From assembly GCA_016198585.1 (NCBI GenBank), contig JACQII010000001.1, positions 153-64,152 on the forward strand: a stretch of DNA of 64,000 nt, given 5' to 3'. Source of the DNA: Candidatus Aenigmatarchaeota archaeon (GTDB lineage Archaea > Aenigmatarchaeota > Aenigmatarchaeia > QMZP01). Both the position numbers and the translations under genes were made by a program. The notes under the pieces were generated by a model. It saw only the letters and a list, made by a program, of their open reading frames with translations, was not told the origin of the DNA and searched no databases. Positions 17,653 to 28,842 of this stretch are shown one piece after another; the first letter of the stretch is position 1; every line of letters begins with the position of its first letter.

Positions 17653-19110
17653 TCAGGCGATGCGGGTGAACAGATGGTCTCCCTTTGCCGGTTTCCCCAT
17701 GAACGGTCGGAATCGGCAGTCCTTCAGCGTCCCGGGCCGGGTGCCCAGCTGCTGATGTAGTCGGTCTGCCGTCTCGGGCAGGAAGGGTGAGGTCAGGATG
17801 GCGGTGATCCGCAGGGCCTCAAGCAGGTTGTACATCACGTGCGCGAGTTCCTTGCCCTCCAGCTTCCACGGTTGCTTGTCGTTGATGTACTTGTTGCACG
17901 CCCGGATGAACGTGAAGACTTCGTCCAGGGCGTGGTGCAGCTCAAGCGCGTCCATCCGTTCCGTGATCGCGGCGAGGTCGAGCATCTCGTCGAGCTCTGG
18001 CTGGCCCTCCGGCACGACTCCTTTGGACGCCAGCGCCAGCACGCGCGAGGCCAGGTTCCCGAGGTCGGCGGCGAGTTCGCCGTTGATGCGCTTCTTGAGC
18101 GCGGCCTCGGTGAAGTCGCCGTCATCCCCGAAGGGGACCTCCCGCAGGAGGAAGTACCGGATCGCGTCACTCCGCGCCGGGTAGTTGCCGAGCACGGTCA
18201 GCGGATCGATCACATTGCCCAGCGACTTGCTCATCTTCTTGCCCTGGTGGGTGATGTAGCCGTGGACCACGACCTGCTTCGGCAAGGGCAGGCCTGCAGC
18301 GAGAAGGATAGCGGGCCAGATGACAGCATGGAACCAGGTGATCCCCTTCCCCACGAGGTGGATGTCGGCCGGCCAGAACGTCTTGTAGTGCCCGCCCGGA
18401 TAGTCCAGGCCGGAGATGTAGCTGAGCAGCGCATCGAACCAGACGTAGATGCGGTGCGTGCGGTCAAACGGGACCGGGATACCCCAGTCTACGTTGCAGC
18501 GGCTCACGCTGATATCCCGCAGCGGCTCCTTCAGCCGCTCAAGGATCTCATTGCGGACCGTGGCCGGGTGGATGAACTCCGGATGGGCCTGGAGGTGCTT
18601 CAGGATCCGGTCCTGGTAGTCGCTCAGCCGGAAAAAATAGTTCTCCTCCTCCACCCACTGGGGCCGGGTCTCGTGCTCCGGGCACTTCCCTTGGACGAGG
18701 TCTTTCTCGAGGTAGAATGCCTCGCAGCCTTGGCAGTAGAGGCCAGCGTACTTGCCTTTGTAGATCTGTTTCGCCTGGAAGAGCCGTTCGAACACCTCCT
18801 GCGCGACCTTGCCATGGCCGTGCTCGGTCGTGCGGATGAACCGGTCGTGGGAAACCCCGTACATCGCGCATAGCTCCTGGAACCGGAGGGCCATCGCGTC
18901 GACGAACTCCTTTGTCCCGACGTGGGCCTCCCGGGCGGCCTGGACATTCTTTTGGGCGTTCTCGTCCGTCCCCGTGAGGAAGAAGACCCGGTCGCCGCAG
19001 AGCCTCCGCCAGCGGGCGATGACGTCAGCGCACACCTTCTCGTACACGTGCCCGAGGTGGGGCGCCGCATTCACGTAGTCAATGGCCGTCGTGATGTAGA
19101 AGGGAGGCAT
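17653..19110 (-). CDS. metG: Methionyl-tRNA synthetase (short form)
   Basis: HLGH, YVWFDAL and KMSKS motifs. Confidence 0.96.
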   Translation of the reverse strand: MPPFYITTAIDYVNAAPHLGHVYEKVCADVIARWRRLCGDRVFFLTGTDENAQKNVQAAREAHVGTKEFVDAMALRFQELCAMYGVSHDRFIRTTEHGHGKVAQEVFERLFQAKQIYKGKYAGLYCQGCEAFYLEKDLVQGKCPEHETRPQWVEEENYFFRLSDYQDRILKHLQAHPEFIHPATVRNEILERLKEPLRDISVSRCNVDWGIPVPFDRTHRIYVWFDALLSYISGLDYPGGHYKTFWPADIHLVGKGITWFHAVIWPAILLAAGLPLPKQVVVHGYITHQGKKMSKSLGNVIDPLTVLGNYPARSDAIRYFLLREVPFGDDGDFTEAALKKRINGELAADLGNLASRVLALASKGVVPEGQPELDEMLDLAAITERMDALELHHALDEVFTFIRACNKYINDKQPWKLEGKELAHVMYNLLEALRITAILTSPFLPETADRLHQQLGTRPGTLKDCRFRPFMGKPAKGDHLFTRIA

Positions 19111-19182
19111 ATCCTGCTCCTGCACGGTCTCACTTAAAGATACGGTCTGCGGGATTTAAAGCCCCTTTTCCCGGGAGCGTGG

Positions 19183-20418
19183 TCAGGAAATGAACGTCCC
19201 CTTGCCTTTGGAAGCAAAGAACGACAGCACGCCGCCCACCATGAAGACCGACATCACCAGGGTGTAGGGGAAGAAGAAGAACACCGCGAGGAGGCTCCGC
19301 CAGCCGACGGCCCCGTAGCGCCGCAGCGAGAAGAGGTAGAAGGCCGAGGAGAGCAACCCGGCCAGCACGCCGAAGATGTAGACCCAGTTCACCCCCCAGG
19401 AGGGCATCATGTAGAGCATGTACGCCACGCCCGCCAGGGAGAACCAGCGGAACAGGTACCACCCGAGATCAAGGAAGGTGGCCGAGTTCGCCGGCAGCCA
19501 GTAGGCAATGTGGAAGAGCATCAGCGGCAGGGCGAAGAAGGAGTAGACGAACCAGAAGATCTGGCCAGCGAGGATGTAGTTCATCGGCAACCGCTTCTTT
19601 GCGAACACGTCCCGGTGGGCGAGCACGCACTGCATGGACCCTTTCAGCCAGCGGGTCCGCTGGCGGAACAGCCCCCCGAGCGAAGCAGGAACGACGGTCG
19701 TGGCGATCGCCCGCCGGGCGGTGTCGATCGTGTAGCCTGCCTTGGCGATGTGGAAGGAGATGTCGAAGTCTTCCAGGACCGTGTCTTTCCGGAAACCGCC
19801 GGCCTTGACCAAGGCAGCCTTCCGGTACGCGGTCAGGGCGCCGCAGATCCCGGGCGCGACCTTGAAGAGCGAAGAGAAGACTTCCCGCAGCCAGGAGATG
19901 TACGGGTATTCCACGGCCTGGAAGGCCCCGAGCAGGCTGTGGTTGTTGTGGACGTTGGCGATCCCGCTCACCGCTCCCACAGTCGGGTCGGCGAGCGGCT
20001 TCACGATCTCGCGGATGGTGTCTTTCCGCAGGAAGGTGTCCGCATCGATCGTCAGCACGATGTCGTGCCGGGCGCGGGCAATCCCCGCGTTCAGGGCGGC
20101 GACCTTGCCCTCATGGTTCTGCCGGAGGACGGTGACGGGATAGCGGCCCGCGACCTCACGCGTCTGGTCGGTGGAGCCGTCGTCCACGACGATCACCTCC
20201 AGCTGCGGGTAGCCCGAGGCGAAGACGCTCTCGAGGCAGGTCCCGATACGGCTGCCCTCGTTGTAGGCGGGAATGACCACGCTCACCGGCGGTGTCCAAT
20301 TCCTTTGCGGACGCGGCCGCCGGAGCAGGAAGACCCCGGACAGGACTGTGGTCGCGGCCAGGAGCAGGAACATCCCGAGGAAGAAACCCATCGACATGGC
20401 GAAAACAACGTCAAGCAT
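19183..20418 (-). CDS. Processive-type GT2 glycosyltransferase
   Basis: DDGS, DADT, LEDF and QRTRW motifs; TM helices. Confidence 0.9.
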   Translation of the reverse strand: MLDVVFAMSMGFFLGMFLLLAATTVLSGVFLLRRPRPQRNWTPPVSVVIPAYNEGSRIGTCLESVFASGYPQLEVIVVDDGSTDQTREVAGRYPVTVLRQNHEGKVAALNAGIARARHDIVLTIDADTFLRKDTIREIVKPLADPTVGAVSGIANVHNNHSLLGAFQAVEYPYISWLREVFSSLFKVAPGICGALTAYRKAALVKAGGFRKDTVLEDFDISFHIAKAGYTIDTARRAIATTVVPASLGGLFRQRTRWLKGSMQCVLAHRDVFAKKRLPMNYILAGQIFWFVYSFFALPLMLFHIAYWLPANSATFLDLGWYLFRWFSLAGVAYMLYMMPSWGVNWVYIFGVLAGLLSSAFYLFSLRRYGAVGWRSLLAVFFFFPYTLVMSVFMVGGVLSFFASKGKGTFIS

Positions 20419-20507
20419 AACGCACCCCCGTACTAATATGTACCTTCCATGCCCTTTTAAAAGGAAGGTTGCCATAAAAACCATGAGGAGTAGCGAAAGA
20501 GGCACCT

Positions 20508-21770
20508 ATGGACCTGTTCTTTCATGAAGCAAGTTTGTTACTGTTCAATTCGGTTCTCATCCCGGTCGCCCTGTTCTCCGCGGCCTTCTACCTCCTGGCC
20601 GTCTTGGGCATCCGCCATCGGACCCCTGCCCGCTACCAGGGCGTCGCCGTGAAGCAGTGGCCTTCGGTGACCATCCAGATCCCGACCAAGAACGAGCAGG
20701 TCGCCATCCGTTGCGCGGAGCACTGCCTCCGGTTCGACTATCCGGGCCGCTTCCAGATCATCATCGGCGACGACTCGACCGATTCCGAGGTCTCCCGGGC
20801 CATCGACGCCTTCGCCCGGCAGCACCCGAACGTCACCGTCACGAGGCGCGGCAGCACCTTCGGCTACAAACCAGGGAATCTCAATCACATGCTCCAGTTC
20901 AGCAAAGGTGAAATCATCGCTATCTTCGACTCGGACTTCCTCCCCCCCACAGACTTCCTCACCCGGATCGTGAAGCCCTTCGTCGCCGACGAGAAGGTGG
21001 CATGCGTCCAGGCCAAGTGGGACTACCTCAACATCGGCCAGACCCGGGTGTCGCGCTTCGCATCGTCGATCCTCATGGTTTACCACCACCTCCTGGCGCC
21101 GATCAACGAGCGGCTCGGAGTCTCGCTGCTGTTCGGCTCTGCCGAGGCCGTACGGGCATCGGCGCTGCGCGAGCTCGGCGGCTGGAAGGACTGGAGCATG
21201 ACCGAGGACGTGGAGTTCACCCTGCGCGCCCTCCGGGCAGGGTACAAGAGCGTCTACCTCAGCGACCTCTCGGTCCCGGGAGAGGTCCCGTTCAACCTCC
21301 GCGGCCTTTCCAAGCAGCAGAAGCGCTGGGCCTACGGGAACGCGAAAGCCTTCTTCGATAACAGCCGCTGGATCCTGTTCGGCGGCCGCTTCTCCCTGCT
21401 CCAGAAGGCGGCCCTCCTCTTCACCCTCGTCGGGTACATCTCGGCGCCCTTCCTCGTGGTCTTCATGCTGTTGGGCATCGTGACCTGGTTCACGGGGACC
21501 CCGGGCGTGATCGACGTGGCGAAGTTCTCGCTCACGACCGGCCAGATCTTCCTGATCAACTCCGGCTTCCTGGCTGCTGCTCTCGTCGCGCTGCACCGGG
21601 AGAAGCGCGCGCGCATGATCATCTCTGTCGTTGGAGCGTCGCTCACCTACGGCATCTGGGTCTCGATCAGCGTCTTCGACGGCCTGATGAAGGCCCTGGC
21701 CCGCAAGAAGATGCAGTGGTACATGATCCGCAAGGCGGGCAACGAATCACTGACCCTTCCGTCGGCGTGA
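20508..21770 (+). CDS. Cellulose-synthase-like GT2 glycosyltransferase
   Basis: DDS, KPGNLN, DSD, TED and QQKRW motifs; TM helices. Confidence 0.9.
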   Translation: MDLFFHEASLLLFNSVLIPVALFSAAFYLLAVLGIRHRTPARYQGVAVKQWPSVTIQIPTKNEQVAIRCAEHCLRFDYPGRFQIIIGDDSTDSEVSRAIDAFARQHPNVTVTRRGSTFGYKPGNLNHMLQFSKGEIIAIFDSDFLPPTDFLTRIVKPFVADEKVACVQAKWDYLNIGQTRVSRFASSILMVYHHLLAPINERLGVSLLFGSAEAVRASALRELGGWKDWSMTEDVEFTLRALRAGYKSVYLSDLSVPGEVPFNLRGLSKQQKRWAYGNAKAFFDNSRWILFGGRFSLLQKAALLFTLVGYISAPFLVVFMLLGIVTWFTGTPGVIDVAKFSLTTGQIFLINSGFLAAALVALHREKRARMIISVVGASLTYGIWVSISVFDGLMKALARKKMQWYMIRKAGNESLTLPSA

Positions 21771-21779
21771 ATGGCCTGC

Positions 21780-22376
21780 TTAGAGGGGGACCAGAACAGT
21801 CCAGAGCAGCCCGGGGTCCGCACCTTCTGCGGCCACCAGCACGACCCCGAGGCCCACCAGGAACGCGGCCACCAGGGCGGCAGTCAGGCCGCCGCCGAGG
21901 AGGGAGGCCTTGGCATTGGTCTGGAGGCTGGCGCGGTTGCCGACCCGCAGCCCCATCGCGATCAAGTAGAACGACCACAGCAGCAGCATCACGCCGAGAA
22001 CCGGGATCCAGAGCGTGAGGACCGATGGCGTCAGGCCGTAGGCGGCCGTCGCAAGCACCTGCCGGAACGGCGTGGCCGTCTTCCATCGCCGCAGGATTCT
22101 GGAGACCGCGAGGGCATAGACAGCGAGGAAGGCGAACCCGACGAGGAAGTAGATGGCCGGGATCGCGTAAGCAAGGTCGGAGGTGCCGAGGATCTTCTCG
22201 AAGGGGATCAGGCCGGCGGGCGTGATCCCTGCCCAGAGGAGTGACCAGTTGATGGCGAGCGCGATCACCGAGATCCCGGCGAAGTAGGCTACTGCTCCTG
22301 GAACCGATGCGGGTCGGCTGAAGAAGTCCTCCGTGTCCAGCAGGACGTCGACGAGGGCGCGGGTGAACGCGGGCAT
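21780..22376 (-). CDS. Yip1-like membrane protein
   Basis: About 5 TM helices, FF near N-terminus, AYGLTP motif. Confidence 0.6.
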   Translation of the reverse strand: MPAFTRALVDVLLDTEDFFSRPASVPGAVAYFAGISVIALAINWSLLWAGITPAGLIPFEKILGTSDLAYAIPAIYFLVGFAFLAVYALAVSRILRRWKTATPFRQVLATAAYGLTPSVLTLWIPVLGVMLLLWSFYLIAMGLRVGNRASLQTNAKASLLGGGLTAALVAAFLVGLGVVLVAAEGADPGLLWTVLVPL

Positions 22377-22404
22377 ACTAATACTCTCCTGCCATCCTAT
22401 ATTA

Positions 22405-23799
22405 ATGATGCGGCGACCACGGCAGGCGTGGCAGGCCCTGCGCCGTCTTCAGGTCGAGGAGCAGGCCATCGCGGCGGTCATCGTCCTGGCCGTCGTGGCC
22501 CAACTCCTCGTCCAGGGCCCGGGCATCTGGTGGGACGAGGCCGTCTACCTCGGGCTGGCCGACGGCCTGCGAGCAGGGGTCTACTCCCTCGACGCTGCGC
22601 AGCCCGTGGAAAGCTTCCGGCCGCCGCTGCTGCCGGCCCTGCTCGCGGCCGTTCCCTTCCCTGCCGCTCTCCCGTTCGCGCTCTCCCTCCTTGCCATCGT
22701 CGCCACGTTCGTCCTCGCCCGCCCCTTTGGCAGGCCGGCGGCGCTCCTCGCCACGCTCTTCCTCGCCACGAACACCTTGTTCGCCTTCTTCTTCACCAAG
22801 CTGCTCACCGAGTCGCTCTTCATCGTCCTGCTGTCGCTCTCGCTGCTGGTGTTCCTGCGCGACACCCGTCGGGGGCTTGCGGTCGCCGGCCTCTTCGCAG
22901 GCATGGCGTTCCTCAGCCGCTACCTTGCCACGGTCCTGATCCTCTCGTTCCTGCTGGTCCTGATCGCCCGCCGGCAAGGCCGCGGCCTGGTCTTCTTCCT
23001 GATCCCGCTCGTGGCTGTCCTCGTTCCCTGGGTCGTGCTGAACATGGCGACGTACGGCAGCCCGTTCGCCGGCTACTTCGTGAACGCCGGCGTCTACGCC
23101 GCCTCGGTCCCCCAATCGCTCGCCGCCGGCGTCGTGGACATCCTCAATGCGTGGACCTACCTGGTCCTGCTGCTGGTCGCCTTCTTTACCATCGCTCGGC
23201 GCGAAGCCCTCGGACGATTTCTGCCCGTTACCGTCCTCGCGGTGATGAGCATCATCGTCTACCTGGCGCTGCCGCACAAGGAGCCGCGCTACCTCTTGTC
23301 CTTCTTCCCTGCGTACGCCGTGCTGGCAGCGGTCGGCGCCCAACGGCTGGGAATCCGCCGCGTGGTCGCACCGATCCTGGTCGTGTCGCTACTGACCCTC
23401 GGCCTGGGCATCAACCAGGCCCAGCACGATGTGCAGGCAGCTGCGGTCGTGGACGCTGCTGCTTACCTCAAGACGGTCTCCGCCCCCGGCGACCGCATCC
23501 TCACCCAATCCTATCCGTTCGTCTACGCGCTCGCCGACCGGACGGCGGTGCCGTACTGTCCGTTCCCGCAGGATGCCTTCGACGCCTGTCAGCAGCAAAT
23601 CCTGAATGACGAGTTCCCCCTTGCCACGCTCAAAGAGACCATCGATCGGGAACATCCGGCGTTTGCCCTCTCCTACGCCTACGAACCTGCGAATCCGCCC
23701 GCTGCCAGGGAGTACCTGGACGCGCACTTCGAGCGCATCCAGACGTTCGCGCAGTGGGGCGATCCGGAGGCCGTCGTCGTCTACCAGAAGAAAGAATGA
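22405..23799 (+). CDS. GT-C fold (ArnT/PMT-like) membrane glycosyltransferase
   Basis: WWDEAVY, RPPLLP, LTE and KEPRYL motifs; many TM helices. Confidence 0.85.
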   Translation: MMRRPRQAWQALRRLQVEEQAIAAVIVLAVVAQLLVQGPGIWWDEAVYLGLADGLRAGVYSLDAAQPVESFRPPLLPALLAAVPFPAALPFALSLLAIVATFVLARPFGRPAALLATLFLATNTLFAFFFTKLLTESLFIVLLSLSLLVFLRDTRRGLAVAGLFAGMAFLSRYLATVLILSFLLVLIARRQGRGLVFFLIPLVAVLVPWVVLNMATYGSPFAGYFVNAGVYAASVPQSLAAGVVDILNAWTYLVLLLVAFFTIARREALGRFLPVTVLAVMSIIVYLALPHKEPRYLLSFFPAYAVLAAVGAQRLGIRRVVAPILVVSLLTLGLGINQAQHDVQAAAVVDAAAYLKTVSAPGDRILTQSYPFVYALADRTAVPYCPFPQDAFDACQQQILNDEFPLATLKETIDREHPAFALSYAYEPANPPAAREYLDAHFERIQTFAQWGDPEAVVVYQKKE

Positions 23800-23810
23800 G
23801 TGCTGGACAC

Positions 23811-24434
23811 TCACTTTGGTGCGGCCGCCGCGTCCTTGATGCGCTTCATCCGGAAGGTGGACTCGCGCTCCATCTCCTCGAGGCGCATGCTCACGAAGGC
23901 GGCCTGCGAGCGCAGGCGCGGGATCACCACGAACTCGAGCGCATTCACGCGCCGCTTGGTCCGCTCGATCTCCCGCAAGATCTTTCGCAAAGCAGTCTCA
24001 GTCTCGGCCGTGTTCACCACGATCTCCACGAGGGCAGCGTACGACTCAGCGACCCCCTCGACGCGCAGGCTCAGGCTCATTGGAGCCCGCTCAGCGAAGA
24101 CCTTCCGGACGTGGAGGGGATCGATCTTCGGCACCGTGACGCCCATGATGTTCCTAACCTGCATGGCGAGCGCGGGCTGCTCGGCGATGAGCGTGGCCGC
24201 GTTCTTGATCGCCAGGAAACCTTCGAGGGCCGCGGTCTGCCGCATCCGCTCCTCGGCGGCTTTGTAGGCCTCGTGCATTTCCTTCCGCTGGTCCCGCGCT
24301 TTCTTGAGGACGGCGAAGAACTCGATCACCAGGCCGTCGCGCTTCTTCTTCAGCAGCCGGTGGCCGGACTGGGCGAGCTTGATCTTCCTCTTCAGGGAAA
24401 TCAGTTCTGACCGGGTGGGTTTGACCTCGGGCAT
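23811..24434 (-). CDS. atpD: A/V-type ATP synthase subunit D
   Basis: KPTRSEL, LLKKKRD, TKRRVNALE motifs. Confidence 0.96.
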   Translation of the reverse strand: MPEVKPTRSELISLKRKIKLAQSGHRLLKKKRDGLVIEFFAVLKKARDQRKEMHEAYKAAEERMRQTAALEGFLAIKNAATLIAEQPALAMQVRNIMGVTVPKIDPLHVRKVFAERAPMSLSLRVEGVAESYAALVEIVVNTAETETALRKILREIERTKRRVNALEFVVIPRLRSQAAFVSMRLEEMERESTFRMKRIKDAAAAPK

Positions 24435-25840
24435 TAGGCCCCCTGCTTCTTGAGGTACTTCGCACGGAAGTCCTTGCTGATGCGGGTGAGACCTTCCTCC
24501 GGCAGCGCGGAGAGCAGCTTCCAGGAGAGTTCCAGGGAGTCGGTGATGGCGCGGTTCTCCTGCGAGGTTTGGCGCACGAACTGCTTCTCGAATGCTTCGG
24601 CAAAGGCCAGGAGCTTGCGGTCAGCCGGCGAGAGAGACTCCTCGCCGACGATCGCGACCAGCCCGCGCAGGTCCCGTCCCTCAGCGTACGCGGCATACAA
24701 CTGGTCGGACACCTGCTTGTGGTCTTCCCGGGTCTTCTCCTTCCCGATGCCCTGGTTCATGAGCCTGGAGAGGCTGGGAAGCACGTCCACCGGCGGGAAG
24801 ACACCCTTGCGGTGGAGTTCGCGGGAGAGCACGACCTGGCCCTCGGTGATGTAGCCCGTGAGGTCGGGGATCGGATGGGTGATGTCGTCGCCGACCATGG
24901 TCAGGATCGGGATCTGCGTGACTGACCCTTTCTTTCCCTTGATCATGCCGGCCCGTTCATAGAGCGTAGCGAGGTCGGTGTACATGTAGCCCGGGTAGCC
25001 CCGCCGGCCGGGGATTTCCTCCCGGGCAGACGCGATCTGCCGGAGCGACTCGCAGTAATTGGTCATGTCCGTCAGGATCACCAGCACGTGCATGTCGTGC
25101 TTGAACGCCAGATATTCGGCCGCCGTCAGGGCCATGCGCGGCGTGATGAGCCGCTCGACCGCCGGGTCGTTCGCGAGGTTGAGGAAGGCCACCACGCGCT
25201 CGATCGCGCCGGTCTCCTCGAAGTTGGTCATGAACTTCTTCGACTCCTCGTAGGTGATCCCCATCGCGGCGAACACCACCGCGAAGTTCTCTGACGCGGA
25301 GAGGACTTTCGCCTGGCGGGCGATCTGGAGCGCGATGTCGTTGTGCGGCAGGCCAGAACCGGAGAAGATGGGCAGTTTCTGGCCCCGGACGAGGGTGTTC
25401 ATGACGTCGATGGTGGAGATGCCGGTCTGGATGAAGTCCCGCGGCGGCCCGCGCGAGTAGGGGTTGATCGAGGCCCCCGTGATGTCCAGCTCGTCCTCCG
25501 GGATGATCGCCGGACCGCCGTCGATCGGGTCGCCGCGGCCGTTGAGCACCCGACCCAGCATGTCCTTACTCACCTTCAGCCGGATCACGTCGCCGAGGAA
25601 CCGTGCAGTCGCTTGGTTGTCGATCCCTGAGGTCCCTTCGAACACCTGGACGACCACGGAATCAGTCGCGGTGTCCAGGACTTGGCCGAGTCGCATCTCC
25701 CCGGAGGCCAGGCGGATCTTCACGATCTCGTTGTAGCCGATGGGGTGGGTCTTCGTGACGAAGACCAGCGGCCCTTCCACCCGGTTGATCGTCCGGTACT
25801 CCTTGACGTTCAATCCCTGCATCGGTTGCGCGTCGCTCAT
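24434..25840 (-). CDS. atpB: A/V-type ATP synthase subunit B
   Basis: [30 protein letters not shown] motifs. Confidence 0.98.
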   Translation of the reverse strand: MSDAQPMQGLNVKEYRTINRVEGPLVFVTKTHPIGYNEIVKIRLASGEMRLGQVLDTATDSVVVQVFEGTSGIDNQATARFLGDVIRLKVSKDMLGRVLNGRGDPIDGGPAIIPEDELDITGASINPYSRGPPRDFIQTGISTIDVMNTLVRGQKLPIFSGSGLPHNDIALQIARQAKVLSASENFAVVFAAMGITYEESKKFMTNFEETGAIERVVAFLNLANDPAVERLITPRMALTAAEYLAFKHDMHVLVILTDMTNYCESLRQIASAREEIPGRRGYPGYMYTDLATLYERAGMIKGKKGSVTQIPILTMVGDDITHPIPDLTGYITEGQVVLSRELHRKGVFPPVDVLPSLSRLMNQGIGKEKTREDHKQVSDQLYAAYAEGRDLRGLVAIVGEESLSPADRKLLAFAEAFEKQFVRQTSQENRAITDSLELSWKLLSALPEEGLTRISKDFRAKYLKKQGA

Positions 25841-27558
25841 AGCTTCTCCAGCTCCTGTTGCATCTCCCGGCCGGCTTTCTCCAGGACTTTCACGTGGTCT
25901 TTCTCGAACTTGGCATCCGCGATGCCGTTGCGGGCCTTGGTCGCGAGGATCGCCCCGACTGGCGTCCCTGTCGCGAGCTTCTGGACGGCCTGGGTGTGGA
26001 AGCCGAGGATCGTTTTCAGCATGAGGAAGCTCTTTCCAAGGTCGGAATACGTGTCGACATCATGGTAGGCGTTCTGCTGCAGGAAGAATTCGCGGATCAT
26101 CCGCGCAGTCTCGAGGGTCAGCTTCTCCTTATCGGGCAGGGCGTCACTGCCCACCAGCTGCACGATCTCCTGCAGCTTCTCCTCCTCCTGGAGGATCGCC
26201 ATCGCCCGGCCGACAACGTCCGCCCATTCCGGCGCGACGTGCTGGGCATACCAGCCGGCCAACGTCTCCGTGTAGAGGCTGTAGGAGTTGAGCCAGTTGA
26301 TGGACGGGAAGTGCCGGCGCTGCGCGAGCTTCGCGTCCAGCGACCAGAAAGTCTTCACCACCCGCAGCGTGGCCTGGGTGACCGGTTCGCTCAGGTCGCC
26401 GCCAGGCGGCGACACGGCGCCGATGATGCTGATCGACCCCTCGTCCCCGCCCAGGGAGATGACGCGTCCGGCCCGCTCATAGAACTCAGCGAGCCGCGTC
26501 GACAGGTACGCGGGATAGCCCTCCTCCCCGGGCATCTCCTCGAGGCGGGAGCTGATCTCACGCATGGCCTCAGCCCAGCGGCTGGTCGAATCGGCCATCA
26601 GGGCGATGTGGTACCCCATGTCGCGGTAGTACTCGGCGATCGTGATGCCGGTGTAGATGCTCGCTTCCCGGGCAGCCACGGGCATGTTGGACGTGTTCGC
26701 GATCAGGACGGTCCGCTCCATGAGCGGGTTGCCGGTCTTCGGGTCCTTCAGCTCGGGGAACTCGGTCAGGACCTCGGTCATCTCATTCCCCCGTTCGCCG
26801 CAGCCGATGTAGACCACAACGTCCGTATCAGCCCACTTCGCCAGCTGCTGCTGGATCACCGTTTTTCCCGCGCCGAATGGCCCAGGAGCGGCAGCAGTCC
26901 CGCCCTTCGCGATCGGGAAGAGCGCGTCCAGCACGCGCTGGCCGGTAATGAGCGGCGCGTCCGGTACCATCCGCTTCCCGACCCGGCGGGGGATGCGGAT
27001 CGGCCACTCCTGCATCATGTGGATCTTCCGGCCGTTGTCGAGCGTGGCCACGGTGTCCACGACGGTGAACTGGCCGGTCTTGATGTCCTGGATCGTGCCC
27101 GAGAGCCCGGGCGGAACCATGACTTTGTGCTGGACGGTCTTCGTCTCTTGGACAACGCCGATGACCTGGCCTTCGCGGACGGCGTCGCCCTTCTTGACCA
27201 GGGGCTTGAACGCCCACTTCTTGGTCTTGTCCAGCCGTTGCGGGAATGCCCCTCGAGCGATGAAGTCACCCATCTCCTTCTGGAGGTCGGGCAGCGGTCG
27301 CTGGATCCCGTCGTAGATCGACTTCAGCAGCCCGGGACCGAGCTCCACGGTCAGGGGCTGGCCGGTGTTCTCGACCGGTTCGCCCGGCCGGATGCCGGAG
27401 GTGTCCTCGTAGACCTGGACGGTGTGGTATGCGGGGGAGATCTGGATCACTTCTCCGATGAGCTTTTCCCGGCCGACGCGGACGACGTCGAACATCTTCG
27501 CCTGCAGCTTCTCGATCATGACGACCGGTCCCGCGACCCGGTAGATGGTGCCGGTCAT
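25837..27558 (-). CDS. atpA: A/V-type ATP synthase subunit A
   Basis: [22 protein letters not shown] motifs; no intein. Confidence 0.98.
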   Translation of the reverse strand: MTGTIYRVAGPVVMIEKLQAKMFDVVRVGREKLIGEVIQISPAYHTVQVYEDTSGIRPGEPVENTGQPLTVELGPGLLKSIYDGIQRPLPDLQKEMGDFIARGAFPQRLDKTKKWAFKPLVKKGDAVREGQVIGVVQETKTVQHKVMVPPGLSGTIQDIKTGQFTVVDTVATLDNGRKIHMMQEWPIRIPRRVGKRMVPDAPLITGQRVLDALFPIAKGGTAAAPGPFGAGKTVIQQQLAKWADTDVVVYIGCGERGNEMTEVLTEFPELKDPKTGNPLMERTVLIANTSNMPVAAREASIYTGITIAEYYRDMGYHIALMADSTSRWAEAMREISSRLEEMPGEEGYPAYLSTRLAEFYERAGRVISLGGDEGSISIIGAVSPPGGDLSEPVTQATLRVVKTFWSLDAKLAQRRHFPSINWLNSYSLYTETLAGWYAQHVAPEWADVVGRAMAILQEEEKLQEIVQLVGSDALPDKEKLTLETARMIREFFLQQNAYHDVDTYSDLGKSFLMLKTILGFHTQAVQKLATGTPVGAILATKARNGIADAKFEKDHVKVLEKAGREMQQELEKL

Positions 27559-27866
27559 GCGGACCCCCATACGTCGATGCCTAGCGCGCGCACGATCATC
27601 ATCCGCAGGCTCTCCTCTGCTGAGATGTCGTGGGAGAGTAGGATCACGGTTGGCTGGACCTGTGTCATCGCCCGCTCGCGCGACTTCTCGTCTAGGGAGG
27701 CGAAGTCCCGGGAATGCATGATCAGCAGTCCGATGTCCCTGTCCTCGGCCGCCCGTCGGAAAGCGTCAGTCACGCTCTTCCCTCCCGCAGGGATGAACGT
27801 CTTCCTGATGCCGGCGAGCCTGAAGCCGGCCACGAAGTGCTCGTCCCCCACAACCCCAATATCCAT
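27555..27866 (-). CDS. atpF: A/V-type ATP synthase subunit F
   Basis: IGVVGDE...GFRLAGI...RALGIDV. Confidence 0.93.
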   Translation of the reverse strand: MDIGVVGDEHFVAGFRLAGIRKTFIPAGGKSVTDAFRRAAEDRDIGLLIMHSRDFASLDEKSRERAMTQVQPTVILLSHDISAEESLRMMIVRALGIDVWGSA

Positions 27867-27867
27867 G

Positions 27868-28842
27868 TTACACCACAAGATGTGCGTCCATAAATGCTTT
27901 GTCCAGTCCGGCAGCCTTCGCGTGGACGAGCAGGCGAAGGTTTCGGATCTCAATCTCCTTGCGCAGCAGGTAGCCGAAGACCGTCGATGCCGAGAGCGGC
28001 TGGCGGTGGAGCAGCCGAGGAGCGTGCTGGAAGAGCGAAACATCGGCGGCAGTCTCGAGGTCGGTCAGGCTGCGGACGCCGGCCAAGCCGTGGTAGGGCG
28101 TCTCCCCGAGGGCGGCGAACGCCTCATCAACCGTTCGCGCCGCCGCCACCGCGGCGAGGCCGTCGCTGGCAACCGCAGGAGCAGGCTTGCCGGCGGCCTT
28201 CATCCGCATGATGGCGCGGAGATCGACCAAGGCGATGATGTCCAGCAGGAAGCGGCGCAGCGGGTCCTTGGCCCCCAGTGCAAGGGCGGTCTCCCGCAGC
28301 TTGCGATAGTACGCGGCGTCGATCGCATCCTCGAGGGCGATGACGTCCTTCTTCTCGATCAGACCAGTCAGCCGCTTGGCGTCAGCGGGGACAAGGGAGC
28401 AGACCTCGCGCACCACCGCGGCCAGGTCGTCGCGCAGCAGCTCCTCCCGCCGGCCGGCAGTGAGCGGCGCGACCGGGATGGCGAGCTGGTCGGCCTCGTC
28501 CTTGGTGACGAAGCCCATCTTGACCTTGAGGACGAGCTTGAGGCTGGTGAGGACCCACTTGAGGGCATAGGTCTCGATCAGCGACCGGACCTCCTTCTTA
28601 TTCGCAATCGTCTGGAGCTTTTCGACCGTGCGGGCAAGGCTGGTGCTGAGCGCGCGCTCGATCAGCTCGACGCCTGCCGCCTTCCCGGCCGCGGCCAGGA
28701 TATCCTCCTGGTAGGACCCTTCTTCCAGGTTGCGCGCGATCTCGCTGTACCCCATGCCTGCCAGCTTCTCGTAGTCCTCGCGGGACAGCAGGTCAGAGGT
28801 CATGACCTTGACGCGCGTGGCGGTGTACGGGTAGCGTTTCAT
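27868..28842 (-). CDS. atpC: A/V-type ATP synthase subunit C
   Basis: YPYTATRVKVM and KEIEIRNLR motifs; operon position. Confidence 0.9.
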   Translation of the reverse strand: MKRYPYTATRVKVMTSDLLSREDYEKLAGMGYSEIARNLEEGSYQEDILAAAGKAAGVELIERALSTSLARTVEKLQTIANKKEVRSLIETYALKWVLTSLKLVLKVKMGFVTKDEADQLAIPVAPLTAGRREELLRDDLAAVVREVCSLVPADAKRLTGLIEKKDVIALEDAIDAAYYRKLRETALALGAKDPLRRFLLDIIALVDLRAIMRMKAAGKPAPAVASDGLAAVAAARTVDEAFAALGETPYHGLAGVRSLTDLETAADVSLFQHAPRLLHRQPLSASTVFGYLLRKEIEIRNLRLLVHAKAAGLDKAFMDAHLVV

